A DNA stretch of 64,000 bases, taken from assembly GCA_963719315.1 (NCBI GenBank), contig CAVRBU010000006.1, positions 192,001-256,000 on the forward strand, written 5' to 3'. Below the pieces are notes generated by a model that ran no database searches, had not been told where the DNA came from, and worked only from the letters and a program-made list of their open reading frames with translations. Source of the DNA: an uncultured Planctomycetota bacterium. GTDB taxonomy: Bacteria; Planctomycetota; Planctomycetia; Pirellulales; Lacipirellulaceae. Positions 1 to 10,066 of the stretch are shown here, piece by piece (positions within the stretch are counted from its first letter, which is position 1; each line of letters opens with the position of its first letter). A program made the position numbers and the translations under genes.

Positions 1-440
1 GGATTTCGGACTGCTCGTTCGGGAGTTTGCTGGAAGCAATCATGCACAGGTTCGACGTGACGCTCGATGAAGCGCAGCACCTCGCCGAAAGTGAAGGTCT
101 GGCCGTGGTTCAGGAGCAGCCGACGGTCGAGCGCGATACCGCTCATGCGATGACCGAAGCAGCGGCGCCCGCGATCGACGAGCTCGTTCGGCAAATCAGC
201 CGGACGCTGCAGTTCACCGAACTGCAGCGGCGACATTTGCAGCCGGCGGGGATCTGGTTGCTGGGCGGAGGCGCGTCGCTCAAGAACGCCGCGCCGTACC
301 TGTCACGGGCGTTGTCGTTGCCCGTGCGTATCGTGTCTCTCGCGCCGGCGTCGGAGCCGATCGCGTGCGCGGCGGGGAATCGATCGGCCGTTTTTGGCAG
401 CGCGGCAGCCCTCTCGGCCTTGGCGTGGAGGGCCGCATGA
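1..440 (+). CDS. pilM: Type IV pilus assembly protein PilM, C-terminal part (truncated by window edge)
   Basis: IWLLGGGASLKN..YLSRALSLPV actin-like PilM/FtsA C-terminal motif; stop overlaps the next ATG (ATGA at 437-440); first gene of a pilMNOPQ-like run. Confidence 0.75.
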   Translation, partial: ISDCSFGSLLEAIMHRFDVTLDEAQHLAESEGLAVVQEQPTVERDTAHAMTEAAAPAIDELVRQISRTLQFTELQRRHLQPAGIWLLGGGASLKNAAPYLSRALSLPVRIVSLAPASEPIACAAGNRSAVFGSAAALSALAWRAA

Positions 441-1027
441 GGACGATGGTCAACATTTTGCCGACCTCTTATCGGCGACAGCAGATATTACGCAACCGCA
501 GCATGCAGTGGGCGACCGCGATCTCGGTGGTCCTGGTCGCAGGCTGGGGTTGGCACTGGTTAGAAATGCGCGAACACAACTACTTGGCAGAGCAGTTGGA
601 CGTGCTCTCGCGCGAGCACGCACCGACTCAGACCATGCTGAAACAAATCGTAGACATGCGCCGTCAACTAAAAGAATTGCAGCAACAGGAGACAGTGGCC
701 AAGGAACTGGAAACCCAGCGCAATGCGCTGGCTTTGTTGGGCGTGATCAGCGAGACGGCGCAAAAGACCAAGGGGCGGCTGCGAGTCACGAAAATGGAGC
801 TCATCAACTTCCAAAATGTGGGCAAGGCCGGTGGTATGGGTACTACATCGCAGACTCCGGGCGGCCTGCTGCTTACCGGCGTGTCACTCGACAACCCCTC
901 GGTCACCGAACTATTTAACGGCCTGCAGCACTCCGGCGTCTTCAGCCACGTGGAGCTGCTGAAACTGAAGGAACGGGAAGGTAAGAGTATGTCGCTGCGG
1001 GACTATGAGGTGCGGTGCGAGTTCTAG
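437..1027 (+). CDS. pilN: PilN-domain fimbrial assembly protein
   Basis: N-terminal VNILP motif, one TM helix, coiled coil, then LLLTGVSLDN..V PilN-like domain; lies between pilM and pilO. Confidence 0.75.
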   Translation: MRTMVNILPTSYRRQQILRNRSMQWATAISVVLVAGWGWHWLEMREHNYLAEQLDVLSREHAPTQTMLKQIVDMRRQLKELQQQETVAKELETQRNALALLGVISETAQKTKGRLRVTKMELINFQNVGKAGGMGTTSQTPGGLLLTGVSLDNPSVTELFNGLQHSGVFSHVELLKLKEREGKSMSLRDYEVRCEF

Positions 1028-1052
1028 GCGAAAGACGAGACAATGAAAATGA

Positions 1053-1138
1053 ACCACAACGTCACGACGAGCACGACGTATATATCCAGGCTTCCAGGCG
1101 CTCGTAGGTCTTCGTCGTGTCCTTCGTGTCGTCGCGGT
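1053..1138. repeat. Imperfect palindromic intergenic repeat (ACCAC..CACGACG / CTTCGTGTC..GTCGCGGT family)
   Basis: Inverted arms between pilN and pilO; a related element lies at ~48640-48727. Confidence 0.5.
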
Positions 1139-1187
1139 AAAGCATTTGCTGCGTCAGCGTGAGACGGTCTGTTCGGAATTGAAAGTA

Positions 1188-1781
1188 ATGCACATCATTG
1201 ACGACGAAACAAGGCGATTCGGCAGAATGCTGCACTATGCGGGCGTGCTCATCATGGTGTTGAGCGCATCGGCCGGCTATTCGCTACTGCATGCGCCGTC
1301 GCTTCGCGCGATCATGGAGACTTCGAATCAGATTGATGAATTGATGCAGTCGGTGAAGAACGCTCCCGTGATCCGCGAGCAACACCGAATTGTGACGGCC
1401 AAGCTGCGCGAAGTGACGACCCAAATCGCCAACGTACAGCGACGCGTGCCGCGAGACAGCGATGTCGGCGAGTTTTTGACGCAAGTCTCCGAATTGGCCG
1501 GCGCCGAAAAGCTAGCGATTAAGGATTTTCATCCCGAGAAACCCGAAGCAAAGAACGGTTACGCGGAGATGCAGGTAAAGCTCAAAGGTGAAGGCAGCTT
1601 CGGCAGCATTTGCTCGTTTATAGACCGGCTCAACAAGCTGGCGCGGCTATCAAAGATCAAAGAATTCACTATCACAAGTGATACGGAAGCGACCGAATAT
1701 CCGATGACAGCAACTCTGGTGATCTACTACGGCCTGCGCGGAAACGACGCCGAATCGGGTCAGGAGGGGCACAGTGGCTAA
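1188..1781 (+). CDS. pilO: Type IV pilus biogenesis protein PilO
   Basis: TM helix, coiled coil, RVP..DVGEFL and GSFGSICSFIDRLNKLARL PilO-like pattern. Confidence 0.75.
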   Translation: MHIIDDETRRFGRMLHYAGVLIMVLSASAGYSLLHAPSLRAIMETSNQIDELMQSVKNAPVIREQHRIVTAKLREVTTQIANVQRRVPRDSDVGEFLTQVSELAGAEKLAIKDFHPEKPEAKNGYAEMQVKLKGEGSFGSICSFIDRLNKLARLSKIKEFTITSDTEATEYPMTATLVIYYGLRGNDAESGQEGHSG

Positions 1782-2392
1782 TACCCAAACGGCGGCGAAA
1801 CGCGATGGCCTGTCGCGCGGCAAGGCGGTATTGATCGCCGGCCTGGCGGTCGCGCTGATTGGCGTGCTGTACGTGCAATACGGCCGAAGCGGCAGCGCGG
1901 CGCCGAATACCGAACCCAAGGTGCATAGGTCGCGCCGCGCCTGTCGTGGACGCTGCGATTTCCGCGCCGGCGCCGACGACGGACCTTAAAGCTCCCACTC
2001 AAATTAGCTCAACTTCGGCTGTCGCGGCTGGGGTCGATGAGACGCGCTGGAAATCGCCCAAGCTGGCCGATGTCGTGGGCTACGACCCGTTCGCGCTACC
2101 GTCGACGTTCCCCAAACCCAAGACGATCGATCCGTCCGACGCGAACGCGGAAGGTCTTGTGGCGGCCGCCGCGGAGGAAGATGCCAAGAAGCTGGCCGAC
2201 GCCATTGCGCAATTGCAGACGCAGTTGCAAACGCTCAAGGAGCGCGGCGTTCAAGTGATCGTCCGCGAGCGCGACCAGTACGTGGCCATGATCGGCGACC
2301 GGACGTTGCACATTGGAGATGAGATTAACGGGTTCACCGTCACGGAGATCGACCCGGGCGGCGTGGTCGTCGAGAGGAAAGCGTCGCAATGA
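1774..2392 (+). CDS. PilP-like pilus/secretion accessory protein, split by one frameshift near 1930
   Basis: ORF 1774-1989 gives the TM anchor; ORF 1859-2392 gives YDPF and AMIGDRTLHIGDEINGFTVTEI; sits between pilO and the secretin. Confidence 0.6.
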
Positions 2393-4352
2393 GACCCAGG
2401 TGTTACAAGTGGTCGGTGAGCGCGGCGTGGGCCGCGACCGGTCGCACTGCGCGCTGGGTTTTACTGCTGGCATGTGGGTTGGCGTGGTGTAACGCGGCGC
2501 CATTTGCGCCGTTGCCCAATCGCCAGAACTGCACGCAGCTTTCAACGATGTCCACCGCAAGCTGGCCGATGGCGACGAGCGTGTATCCGGCGAAGTGCGG
2601 ATCGCGAGCGGCCAGAAGCCGCCCTCCAAACAGCCGGCTGCCGCGGCTCAGCCACCTGCCAAGAAGAGCACGGCGCCGGTGTCCCGCGTGCGGCAATCGC
2701 CCCAGGTGCTGCCGCCACAAACGGCGGAAGCCAGCTCGCCGGCGACAACGGAAGCGTTGCCGCTTCCGCCATTGAAAGCGAAGTTGTCGCTGGCGGGAGC
2801 CGACCCCGATGATGGATTGCAATTGACGAAAAACGACAAAGGATTGATTACTCTGATCGTACGCGACAAGTCGCTGAGCCAGGTTTTGGCGCTGATCGCC
2901 CAAACGCAAAGCTTGAACATCGTGGCGTCGAACGATATCGATGCGCTGATTTCCATCACGCTCCGCGATGTACCGCTCGAAGACGCGCTGACGGCGATTC
3001 TGTCGGTCGCGAATTACACGTGGGTGAAGCGCAACAACATCATCTTGATTACTTCGCTGACGGACGCGACCAACCTGTCGGCCGAAGTGCAGGGCCGGCA
3101 CATTCAGGTGTTTGATCTGGATTTTGCGTCGGCCGCCGTCGTGGCCGAGACGGTCAAGAATTTCCTGTCGCCGATCGGAAAGGTGTCGATCGGCGCCAGT
3201 AATCCGACCAACAATCGCCTCACGCAAGAGCGGGTCGTGGTCGAAGACATGGCCGAGCCGCTGGCCCGAATTGCGGCCTACATCGCTCAGATCGATCAGC
3301 CGCCGCGGCAGGTGCTGATCGAAGCGCACGTGTTGCAGGTGAAGTTGGACGACACGACTCGATGCGGCGTAGACTTTAATGCGCTGGGCCTCAACAACAA
3401 CTTCGTTACCGTGGTACCTCGGTTGGCAACCAACGGATTCGCGTCGTCGACGGCTTCCCCGGCATTCGTGGCAACGCTTGGAAACACGAATTTGGGGGCG
3501 GTGATCGAACTGCTCCAAAAGACGCTCGACGCCAAAACCCTCGGCTCGCCCAAGCTGCTCGTGCTCAATGAGCAAGAAGCACGCTTGCAAGTCGGTAAGC
3601 ACCAAGGCTACTCCACATCGACGACAACCGAAACGAGCACGATCCAGACCGTGCAGTTCCTCGATACCGGCGTGATCTTGCGCATTACACCGCGGATCAC
3701 GCGCGACGATCGAGTGCTATTGCACGTGAGGCCCGAAGTATCGGATGGCGACGTCACCAATGATTTGCCGAACTCCACCACGGCTGAGCTTGAGACGGAT
3801 GTCATGCTGCACGATAACGAAGGCATGGTGATTGGCGGTTTGATCCAAGAGAAGGACTCGACCGATCAATCGAAGATTCCATACCTCGGCAACGTCAAGG
3901 GCGTCGGGTTCCTGTTTCGGCGCTCGGAGGTAACCAAGCAACGATCCGAGATCATCGTGGCTCTCGTGCCGCGGATTCAGCCCTACGACTGCCAGTATCA
4001 CGACTTCGAACAAGGCGAGCTGGTCAAGGCCAGCGTGCCGCTGATGCACGGCCCGCTGTGCCGCACCGATCGGCCCTGGGATCCCGTGCTGCCGGATGGC
4101 AAGCGGGTGTCGTATCCTCTGATACCGAAGAAGCATTGCCCGACGGGTTATTATCACGATCTCGGTCCGCAGTACGTGATTCCGCCAACGCCGCTGCCGG
4201 CGCAACGACTGTGCGACCCGCCGGATGCGCCAGGTGGATCGCCTTCCGCTGGCGCCCTGCTGCGCGGCCCGATGATCGGCGCCGAAAACTTGCCGATGCC
4301 GGCGGTCGAGGGCGATTGGCGCGGCACCGAGGTTATTAGCGATCAGCCATAA
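2389..4352 (+). CDS. pilQ: Secretin (PilQ/GspD family); N-terminal signal region in another frame (frameshift near 2500-2600)
   Basis: QVLIEAHV, SPKLLVLNEQEA, DTGVILRITPRI, SKIPYLGNVKGVGFLFR secretin motifs in ORF 2595-4352. Confidence 0.85.
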
Positions 4353-4355
4353 GCA

Positions 4356-4390
4356 CTCCCTCGCTCTTTGGGAGAGGGCTGGGGTGAGGG
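4356..4390. repeat. CCCTCACCCC..CCCTCTCCC-N-GGGAGAGGG palindromic repeat, reverse orientation
   Basis: Same family at 10322-10356, 16590-16616 and 51596-51629. Confidence 0.7.
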
Positions 4391-4423
4391 TGCATTGTTT
4401 ATTCCCATGACGAGGACCGACGC

Positions 4424-4621
4424 ATGAGCAAGCGCTTACCCGTGCCGCCCGATCTCGAGCACTTGATCGAGAAGCGCGAGGCGGAGAACGAACGGAGGAG
4501 CGGCGAACGGCGTAAATCAGGCAGCCAAGCGCGGGTCAATGGCGCATCGGCGAGCAAGCCGGAGCAGCGCCAGCAGGAGGACCGCCGGCGCAAGCGGCGG
4601 CGCAAATCCGACTCGAAATGA
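4424..4621 (+). CDS. Small Arg-rich hypothetical protein with ERR/DRR motifs
   Basis: GAGG upstream of ATG; 65 aa; fills the gap between pilQ and convergent lplA. Confidence 0.55.
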   Translation: MSKRLPVPPDLEHLIEKREAENERRSGERRKSGSQARVNGASASKPEQRQQEDRRRKRRRKSDSK

Positions 4622-4628
4622 TGGTGCG

Positions 4629-5411
4629 TTAGCCGAACTCGCGGTTCCAGCATTCTTGACCGAAGCGAGTCGCGACCAAATCTTGGACGCGCGCCCAGGG
4701 CACGTCGGTTAGCTCGGCGGTCGTGGGGAAGGCGGCGTCGATCGCCGCCACGAGTTGTGAGCGACTCGACGGCAGATTCGTCAGGAAATCGACGTGTTGC
4801 CGCGCGCCGCGATAATCGGGCTGGCGCGGCGGCATGCGGAGACAGCCGGCCAGGAGCGCAAGGTCGGCGTCGTAGAGCAGTGTGCCGTGGTATAAGCAGT
4901 GGGTGCGCTTCACTCGCAGGCTATTGCCCGAGAACTTACGGGCGGTTGCGATTTCGGATTTCGGATTTCGGATTGTGGATTGTGGCAAGCTGAATCCGCA
5001 ATCCGCAATCACTAAGTCGCTTGTTCCCGCGCGCGTTGTTTGCAAGCTGAGTGTGTTGAGTGCGTTTGCCAACCGGTCGAGCACGAAGGCGTGAGCGCGG
5101 CTGATGTCGCGCAGCTCGGGGCGCGCGGTGTAATTGAGCACGAGCGCGTACATCAGGCAGCCGGGGCCGGCGACGATTGCGGCGCCGCCGCTGGAGCGCC
5201 GCACGATAGGGATATATCGCCGCTCACATTCCGCGGCATTGATTTCTTGCCCGACGCGCGACGATCGGCCGGCCACGACCATCGGCTGCGGCGATTCCCA
5301 AATTCGCAAAACTTCGCGGTTAGCGGTTTCCTCTTCGGCCCAATCCAAAAGCGCCTCGTCGAGTGCGACATTTTCAGCGGGCGTCGGCAGCGTAAGATTC
5401 AAGCGGAGCAT
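4629..5411 (-). CDS. lplA: Lipoate-protein ligase A family protein
   Basis: NVALDEALL, VRRSSGGAA, RKFSGNS, YHGTLL motifs; carries an in-frame repeat insertion at 4950-5010. Confidence 0.85.
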   Translation of the reverse strand: MLRLNLTLPTPAENVALDEALLDWAEEETANREVLRIWESPQPMVVAGRSSRVGQEINAAECERRYIPIVRRSSGGAAIVAGPGCLMYALVLNYTARPELRDISRAHAFVLDRLANALNTLSLQTTRAGTSDLVIADCGFSLPQSTIRNPKSEIATARKFSGNSLRVKRTHCLYHGTLLYDADLALLAGCLRMPPRQPDYRGARQHVDFLTNLPSSRSQLVAAIDAAFPTTAELTDVPWARVQDLVATRFGQECWNREFG

Positions 5412-5548
5412 AATGCTGTTGTCTCACAGGCGGCAATGGGTTCGCAAGGCCGGAGCGAGCGGTCTACACTCGGTTGACGTTCGGCTGCATTCCGTGACAC
5501 ACTAGGGAATAACCATTTATGGCAATGCGACCCGTTTGACTTGTCACC

Positions 5549-6619
5549 ATGACGAACGAATCTCGGACATTCCGCGACGAACAACTGGGCGGCCCCTCGC
5601 GGCCGCCGTTGGGCCAGGAGTTGCTGCCGCCGGTGGAGCAGCCCTCGGCGAAATTCATCGTGCAGTTGTTCGTCGTGCCGGCCCTGATTGTTCTGGCGAT
5701 CGTGAGTGTCTGGTTGACGCTCAGTTGGCTGGTGCGGAGCGCAACGATCGACCCCGATACGCTGATCGAGGGCATCGAGCATGGGCCCAGCATCGCGCGG
5801 TGGCAGCGGGCCAGCGAATTTGCCGACTTGCTCAACAACAGCCGACATGCCGAGCTCAAGCGCGATCATCAAGTTGCCAGTCATCTTGCGCAAATTCTGG
5901 ATCGCGAGATCGATCAATCGGGCAGCGGCAATGACGGACAACAAGCCTCCACACTGCGATATTTCTTGGCCCGCGCGTTGGGCGAATTCGAAGTTGCCGA
6001 TGGGACCGACGTGCTGCTGAAAGCGGCCGCGACAAAGCGCACGCCGAACGACGAACTTGTGCGACACTGTGCAATCGAGGCGATTGCCGTCCGCGCGTAC
6101 AACATGCAGAAGCTCGAACCGCCGGAGCAACTTACGAATCCCGAGTTGGAACCGACGCTCATTCGCTTGGCCGGCGATGAGGATCCGGCGATTCGCTCGA
6201 AGGCGACATACGCGCTCGGGCAGCTTGGCACGCCCGGGGCCGTTGAAAAGCTGCAAGTGTTGGTCGATGATCCGGACGCCGATACACGGTACAATGCCGC
6301 GATCGCGCTTGCCCATCGGGGCAACGCCAAGGCGGTGGACACGCTGGCCGAGATGCTCGACCTCTCGGAGCTGACGAAATCGTCTGGCAAGGAAGACGAG
6401 CAAGACGCTGGTTTCAAGCGGGCCGTGATCATCGCCAGCGCGCTCGACGCGGCCCATGCGCTCGCGCGGCAGAATCCGCAGGCCGATCTGTCGAACGTGA
6501 TGAAAGCGCTCGAGCAGTTGGTGAATGCCGATCCGAAGGCGCTCGAAGCAGCACACTTGCCGAAGCGGATCGTCACCGACTCCGAGCATGCCTTGCAGAT
6601 GCTCAAGCCGAATCAGTAG
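5549..6619 (+). CDS. Membrane-anchored HEAT-repeat protein
   Basis: TM helix, then repeats such as DEDPAIRSKATYALG and DPDADTRYNAAIALA. Confidence 0.8.
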   Translation: MTNESRTFRDEQLGGPSRPPLGQELLPPVEQPSAKFIVQLFVVPALIVLAIVSVWLTLSWLVRSATIDPDTLIEGIEHGPSIARWQRASEFADLLNNSRHAELKRDHQVASHLAQILDREIDQSGSGNDGQQASTLRYFLARALGEFEVADGTDVLLKAAATKRTPNDELVRHCAIEAIAVRAYNMQKLEPPEQLTNPELEPTLIRLAGDEDPAIRSKATYALGQLGTPGAVEKLQVLVDDPDADTRYNAAIALAHRGNAKAVDTLAEMLDLSELTKSSGKEDEQDAGFKRAVIIASALDAAHALARQNPQADLSNVMKALEQLVNADPKALEAAHLPKRIVTDSEHALQMLKPNQ

Positions 6620-6621
6620 CT

Positions 6622-6682
6622 GTAGGGTGGGCATCGCTGGCCAACGACGGCGTGCAAACGTGGTGGGCAATGCCCACCCTAC
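6622..6682. repeat. GTAG-type REP doublet
   Basis: GTAGGGTGGGCA...TGCCCACCCTAC inverted arms directly after a stop codon. Confidence 0.75.
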
Positions 6683-7011
6683 CTGCTGGTCGTCATTCTG
6701 TAGCGGTCGTAGCGGCTAGGCCGACGGGCATCTGTTCCAAATCGCAACGATGTTAAACCTTTCCGTTGCATTCGAGCAACATGTCGGCGGAGAATTACGT
6801 CAGTCCGAGATTTTTTCAAGAATCGTAAAGCATTGTCCGGAGCGTAGTTCATTATTTGATAGCGGCGAAGTGAAGCAGTGCTATCGTTTGCCTGGCGGCC
6901 ATTCGTACGCCAGAGTCAATAGAGGAGGGTTGTCGGGCGACAGGGTGGTCGCGAGGGTCGAAGCACGGATCGCGGCTCGTTCTACTCGTCTAACGTGAGA
7001 TCACTAGGGTC

Positions 7012-8163
7012 ATGACTACTCGTTACCGTCTCGGCGTGTGGCTTTGTATTCCGCTTGTGTTCGGCGCGGAAGTGCCGACGTTGTCCGCACAGTGCTGCGA
7101 AACCTGCTATCGCATCGTGTGCAAAACGGTCTGCGAAGAGCGGCAAGTCACTTGTTATCGCAACGTGTGCGAAACCGTGTGCGAAGCCCGCGAAATCACG
7201 CGGCAAGTTCCCGTGTGGGAAACGCAGATGCGCGAGCGGCGATTCACCGTGACGCGCCCCGTGCATGAAACTTCGATGCGCGAAGAGCGGTTCACCGTGC
7301 AGCGGCCCGTGACCGAGACCGTGATGCGAGACACGAGCTACAACGTCGTGCGCAACATCGTGGAGACATCCGAGCGCGAAGAGCGGTACATGGTGCAGCG
7401 GCCGGTAACGGAGACGTCGATGCGCGAAGAGCGGTTCGTCGTGCAGCGGCCCGTGACCGAGACCGTGATGCAGCCGCGGTGCCAGACCGTGATGCGGCCG
7501 GTGACGCAATGCCAAACGCGAATGGTCGATCAAGGTTGCTGGGCGAATCAGGTGGTGTGCGTTCCGGGCCAGCCGACGTGGCCGCGTCTTGCCTGGGTGC
7601 CGGCGACGCAGGTGTGCGATCCACAAACGGGCATCGTACAAGTGCAGCGCGGCGGATTGGCGTGGACGTCCGGTTTCACGCCGTCGCAGCAAGTCGTGCA
7701 GCGCGTGTGGCGGCCGAACGTAGTGGCCCAGCAGTTTCAAACCGTGAGCTACTGCCCCGAGCAGGTGACCGTACAGGTGCCGGTGCAGGTCTGCAAACTG
7801 GTGGCCGAAGAGCAGGTTCGCCAGGTGCCCGTACAGACCTGCCGCATGGTGCAGGAAGAAATGGTCCGCAAGGTGCCGGTGCAAACGTGCCGGCAGGTGG
7901 TCGAGCGCGTGCCGCGGCAAGAGGCGGTGCAGGTCTGCCGAATGGTGTGCGAAGAGCAGGTCCGCCAGGTGCCGGTCACCACGTGCCGCATGGTTTCGGA
8001 AGAACACGTCGAGCCGTATCAGGTACGGGTGTGCAAATGGGTCTGCGAGAAGCAGACAATTCAAGTGCCGCGTACCGTGACGAAGCAGGTGCCGGAAACG
8101 TATACGATTCGCGTTCCGCGGACGGTGATGGTTCGCGTGCCGGTGGATCCCTGTGCGGGCTGA
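7012..8163 (+). CDS. Secreted Val/Thr/Arg/Cys-rich repeat protein
   Basis: Signal-peptide-like N-terminus; repeated ETSMREERF/YxVQRPV and EEQVRQVPVxTCRMV units. Confidence 0.75.
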   Translation: MTTRYRLGVWLCIPLVFGAEVPTLSAQCCETCYRIVCKTVCEERQVTCYRNVCETVCEAREITRQVPVWETQMRERRFTVTRPVHETSMREERFTVQRPVTETVMRDTSYNVVRNIVETSEREERYMVQRPVTETSMREERFVVQRPVTETVMQPRCQTVMRPVTQCQTRMVDQGCWANQVVCVPGQPTWPRLAWVPATQVCDPQTGIVQVQRGGLAWTSGFTPSQQVVQRVWRPNVVAQQFQTVSYCPEQVTVQVPVQVCKLVAEEQVRQVPVQTCRMVQEEMVRKVPVQTCRQVVERVPRQEAVQVCRMVCEEQVRQVPVTTCRMVSEEHVEPYQVRVCKWVCEKQTIQVPRTVTKQVPETYTIRVPRTVMVRVPVDPCAG

Positions 8164-8297
8164 GAGCCGCGGCAGGGGTGAGCGGCGAGGAACGAACGGT
8201 TCGAGGCCAATTCCTACAACTTCTTTTTGGCCGGTTCTGGCACTGGCTCTGATACTGGTCTGTCAATCGCTATTGGTCATGCGGCCAGGTTTAGAGG

Positions 8298-8567
8298 TAT
8301 GATCGGCTTACGAAGTCAGTCGCGTTGGAGTATGCCAAGCAGGGCGTTCGGGTCAACGCCGTGTGCCCCGGTGCCGTCCGAACGGATTTCTACGCACGCT
8401 TCACCGGCAAGAATCCGGAGATGGAATGGGCGATCGAAGGAATGCACCCGATGGGGCGGAGCGGTACGGCTGAGGAAGTGGCGTCGGCCGTTTACTGGCT
8501 TTGTACGGAAGCCACTTGGACAACCGGTCAGTCCATCGTGATGGACGGGGGCTTCACGGTGCCCTAA
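8298..8567 (+). pseudogene. C-terminal remnant of a short-chain dehydrogenase (SDR)
   Basis: [16 protein letters not shown]...[13 protein letters not shown]...[10 protein letters not shown]; no room upstream for the Rossmann N-terminus. Confidence 0.7.
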
Positions 8568-8603
8568 AAGTCTTGGTAGGTCTCTTCTGCCGGAAGGGAT
8601 CTG
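8566..8603 (+). repeat. GTAG-type REP
   Basis: AAAAGTCTTGGTAGGTCTCTTCTGCCGGAAGGGATCTG matches the reverse complement of 31780-31817 with two mismatches. Confidence 0.75.
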
Positions 8604-8729
8604 CTTTTTGTCGTTAGGTAGGAACGTCACCTGAAACTATTTGGGCGTGGTACGGACCGACGCGTCACCAAAATCTCGTGGTGGGCGCCGTATTGGTTTC
8701 ACTGTCCTCGCACGTGGCGAACGTAGCGG

Positions 8730-9197
8730 TTGCTACTTCGCTCGGGAACGATCGTCCGCGTTTCGATTGTTTCGGTTGTTGTGGGCGCGGCAATCGTCGT
8801 CTGCCTGAAAGTGGCGATGCCGATGATTCAGCTTCCGCCTCTGTGGAAGCTACTGCTCGCGTTGCCTGCGATCTATGCCTACGTCTTTGTTATGCTGTTG
8901 GTCCATGCGCTGATCCCCTCGCGAATTGAAATCCGCAAGGATCGAATGCACGTGATGACAGGGCAGTCCCACTGGTTCGTCAAGTCCGAAGCCGTGAGCG
9001 CGACGCGGATCGTGATATTTGCACTGGACCGGATACGACTGCGAGTCTTCTACCACTACAAGAATGAACTGCGGTCGCGAACATTTGGGGTGGGGCGTGG
9101 AGTCAACCTCGATGTGCTGGCTGACGTGCTCGCAGTATCCCCGCAGATTTGGGACGCTCGAAATCGATATGAACGATTGCGAGGAGTTTCAATCTAA
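8730..9197 (+). CDS. Hypothetical membrane protein (start uncertain)
   Basis: Two hydrophobic segments followed by a small soluble domain. Confidence 0.5.
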   Translation: MLLRSGTIVRVSIVSVVVGAAIVVCLKVAMPMIQLPPLWKLLLALPAIYAYVFVMLLVHALIPSRIEIRKDRMHVMTGQSHWFVKSEAVSATRIVIFALDRIRLRVFYHYKNELRSRTFGVGRGVNLDVLADVLAVSPQIWDARNRYERLRGVSI

Positions 9198-9304
9198 CAA
9201 AATGTGCCATGGTCGAATTGCCTCGGTAATCTCGCAGTTGAGGCCGGCGTGAGTTAGAATGTTAGTTGTAGCATGTGCAAACACCCACGACAGGAACCAA
9301 TCTC

Positions 9305-9547
9305 ATGACCATTGAGGGATACATTGAGAACGGCGGCTTAGTTTTGAGCAGTCCGATCACGCTATCCGATGGTACGCGAGTGACTGTTTTGGTCGAGCCG
9401 CTTTGTGAAGAGCCGGCCAAAGCGGGGGAGAAGTTTCCATCACTCTACGAGAGGATGAAGCCGGTAATTGGAAAAGCGAAAGGGCTTCCGTCAGATCTAG
9501 CGAATAACCACGACCACTATCTTCATGGACAGGCCAAGAGGCAATGA
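9305..9547 (+). CDS. Putative antitoxin (AF2212/DUF104-like N-terminus)
   Basis: MTIEGYIENG..L.DGTRVTV and LPSDLANNHDHYLHG; ATGA overlap with the downstream PIN gene. Confidence 0.7.
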   Translation: MTIEGYIENGGLVLSSPITLSDGTRVTVLVEPLCEEPAKAGEKFPSLYERMKPVIGKAKGLPSDLANNHDHYLHGQAKRQ

Positions 9548-9944
9548 GTGTCGTTTTTGCCGACTCGTATTGCTACCTGGCGATTGTCAATGAGCGCGAT
9601 GCGGGTCATCAAGCTGCCATTGAATTCTCGCAAAGCCACCTGGGCCGTTCGGTGACGACCGAGTGGGTTTTGACGGAAGTAGCGGATGCATTGAGTGCTT
9701 GCAATCAGCGTCCGATCTTCTTGGAATTGCTCGAATAGCTTCATAACGAGCCTGGGCTATCGATCATTGCCGCGAGCCATGATTTATTCGAGCGCGGTGT
9801 CGAGTTGTTTTCCAACGACCGGACAAGGAATGGTCGCTTACCGATAGTATTTCGTTTGTGGTGATGCAGGACCATAGTCTATCGGAAGCGTTAACGACCG
9901 ATCGTCACTTTGAGCAGGGCGGGTTCGTAGCGGTGCTGAAGTAG
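9544..9944 (+). pseudogene. vapC: VapC-family PIN toxin, disrupted
   Basis: VFADS, TTEWVLTE, then TAG at 9736-9738; PDKEWSLTD, ISFVVM and ALTTDRHFEQ continue across two frameshifts. Confidence 0.75.
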
Positions 9945-10066
9945 ACCACAGCCGTTTCGGTATATCGCGCACTTCGTTGCGAATGCCCGTCGGCCGGACT
10001 ACACTGCACCGCATGTTGGCGGAGTTTCTCCCCAGGCTTTGTTCGCCGCTTTTGCCAAGGTGATCT

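Noticed and set aside
2403..3605. Long antisense ORFs (also 5399-6670, 20403-21629, 34542-35975 and others)
   Set aside because: Shadows of well-supported genes in GC-rich DNA, with no recognisable motifs.
7240..7470. 66-bp-period DNA repeats as a CRISPR-like array
   Set aside because: They are in-frame coding repeats of the 7012-8163 protein.
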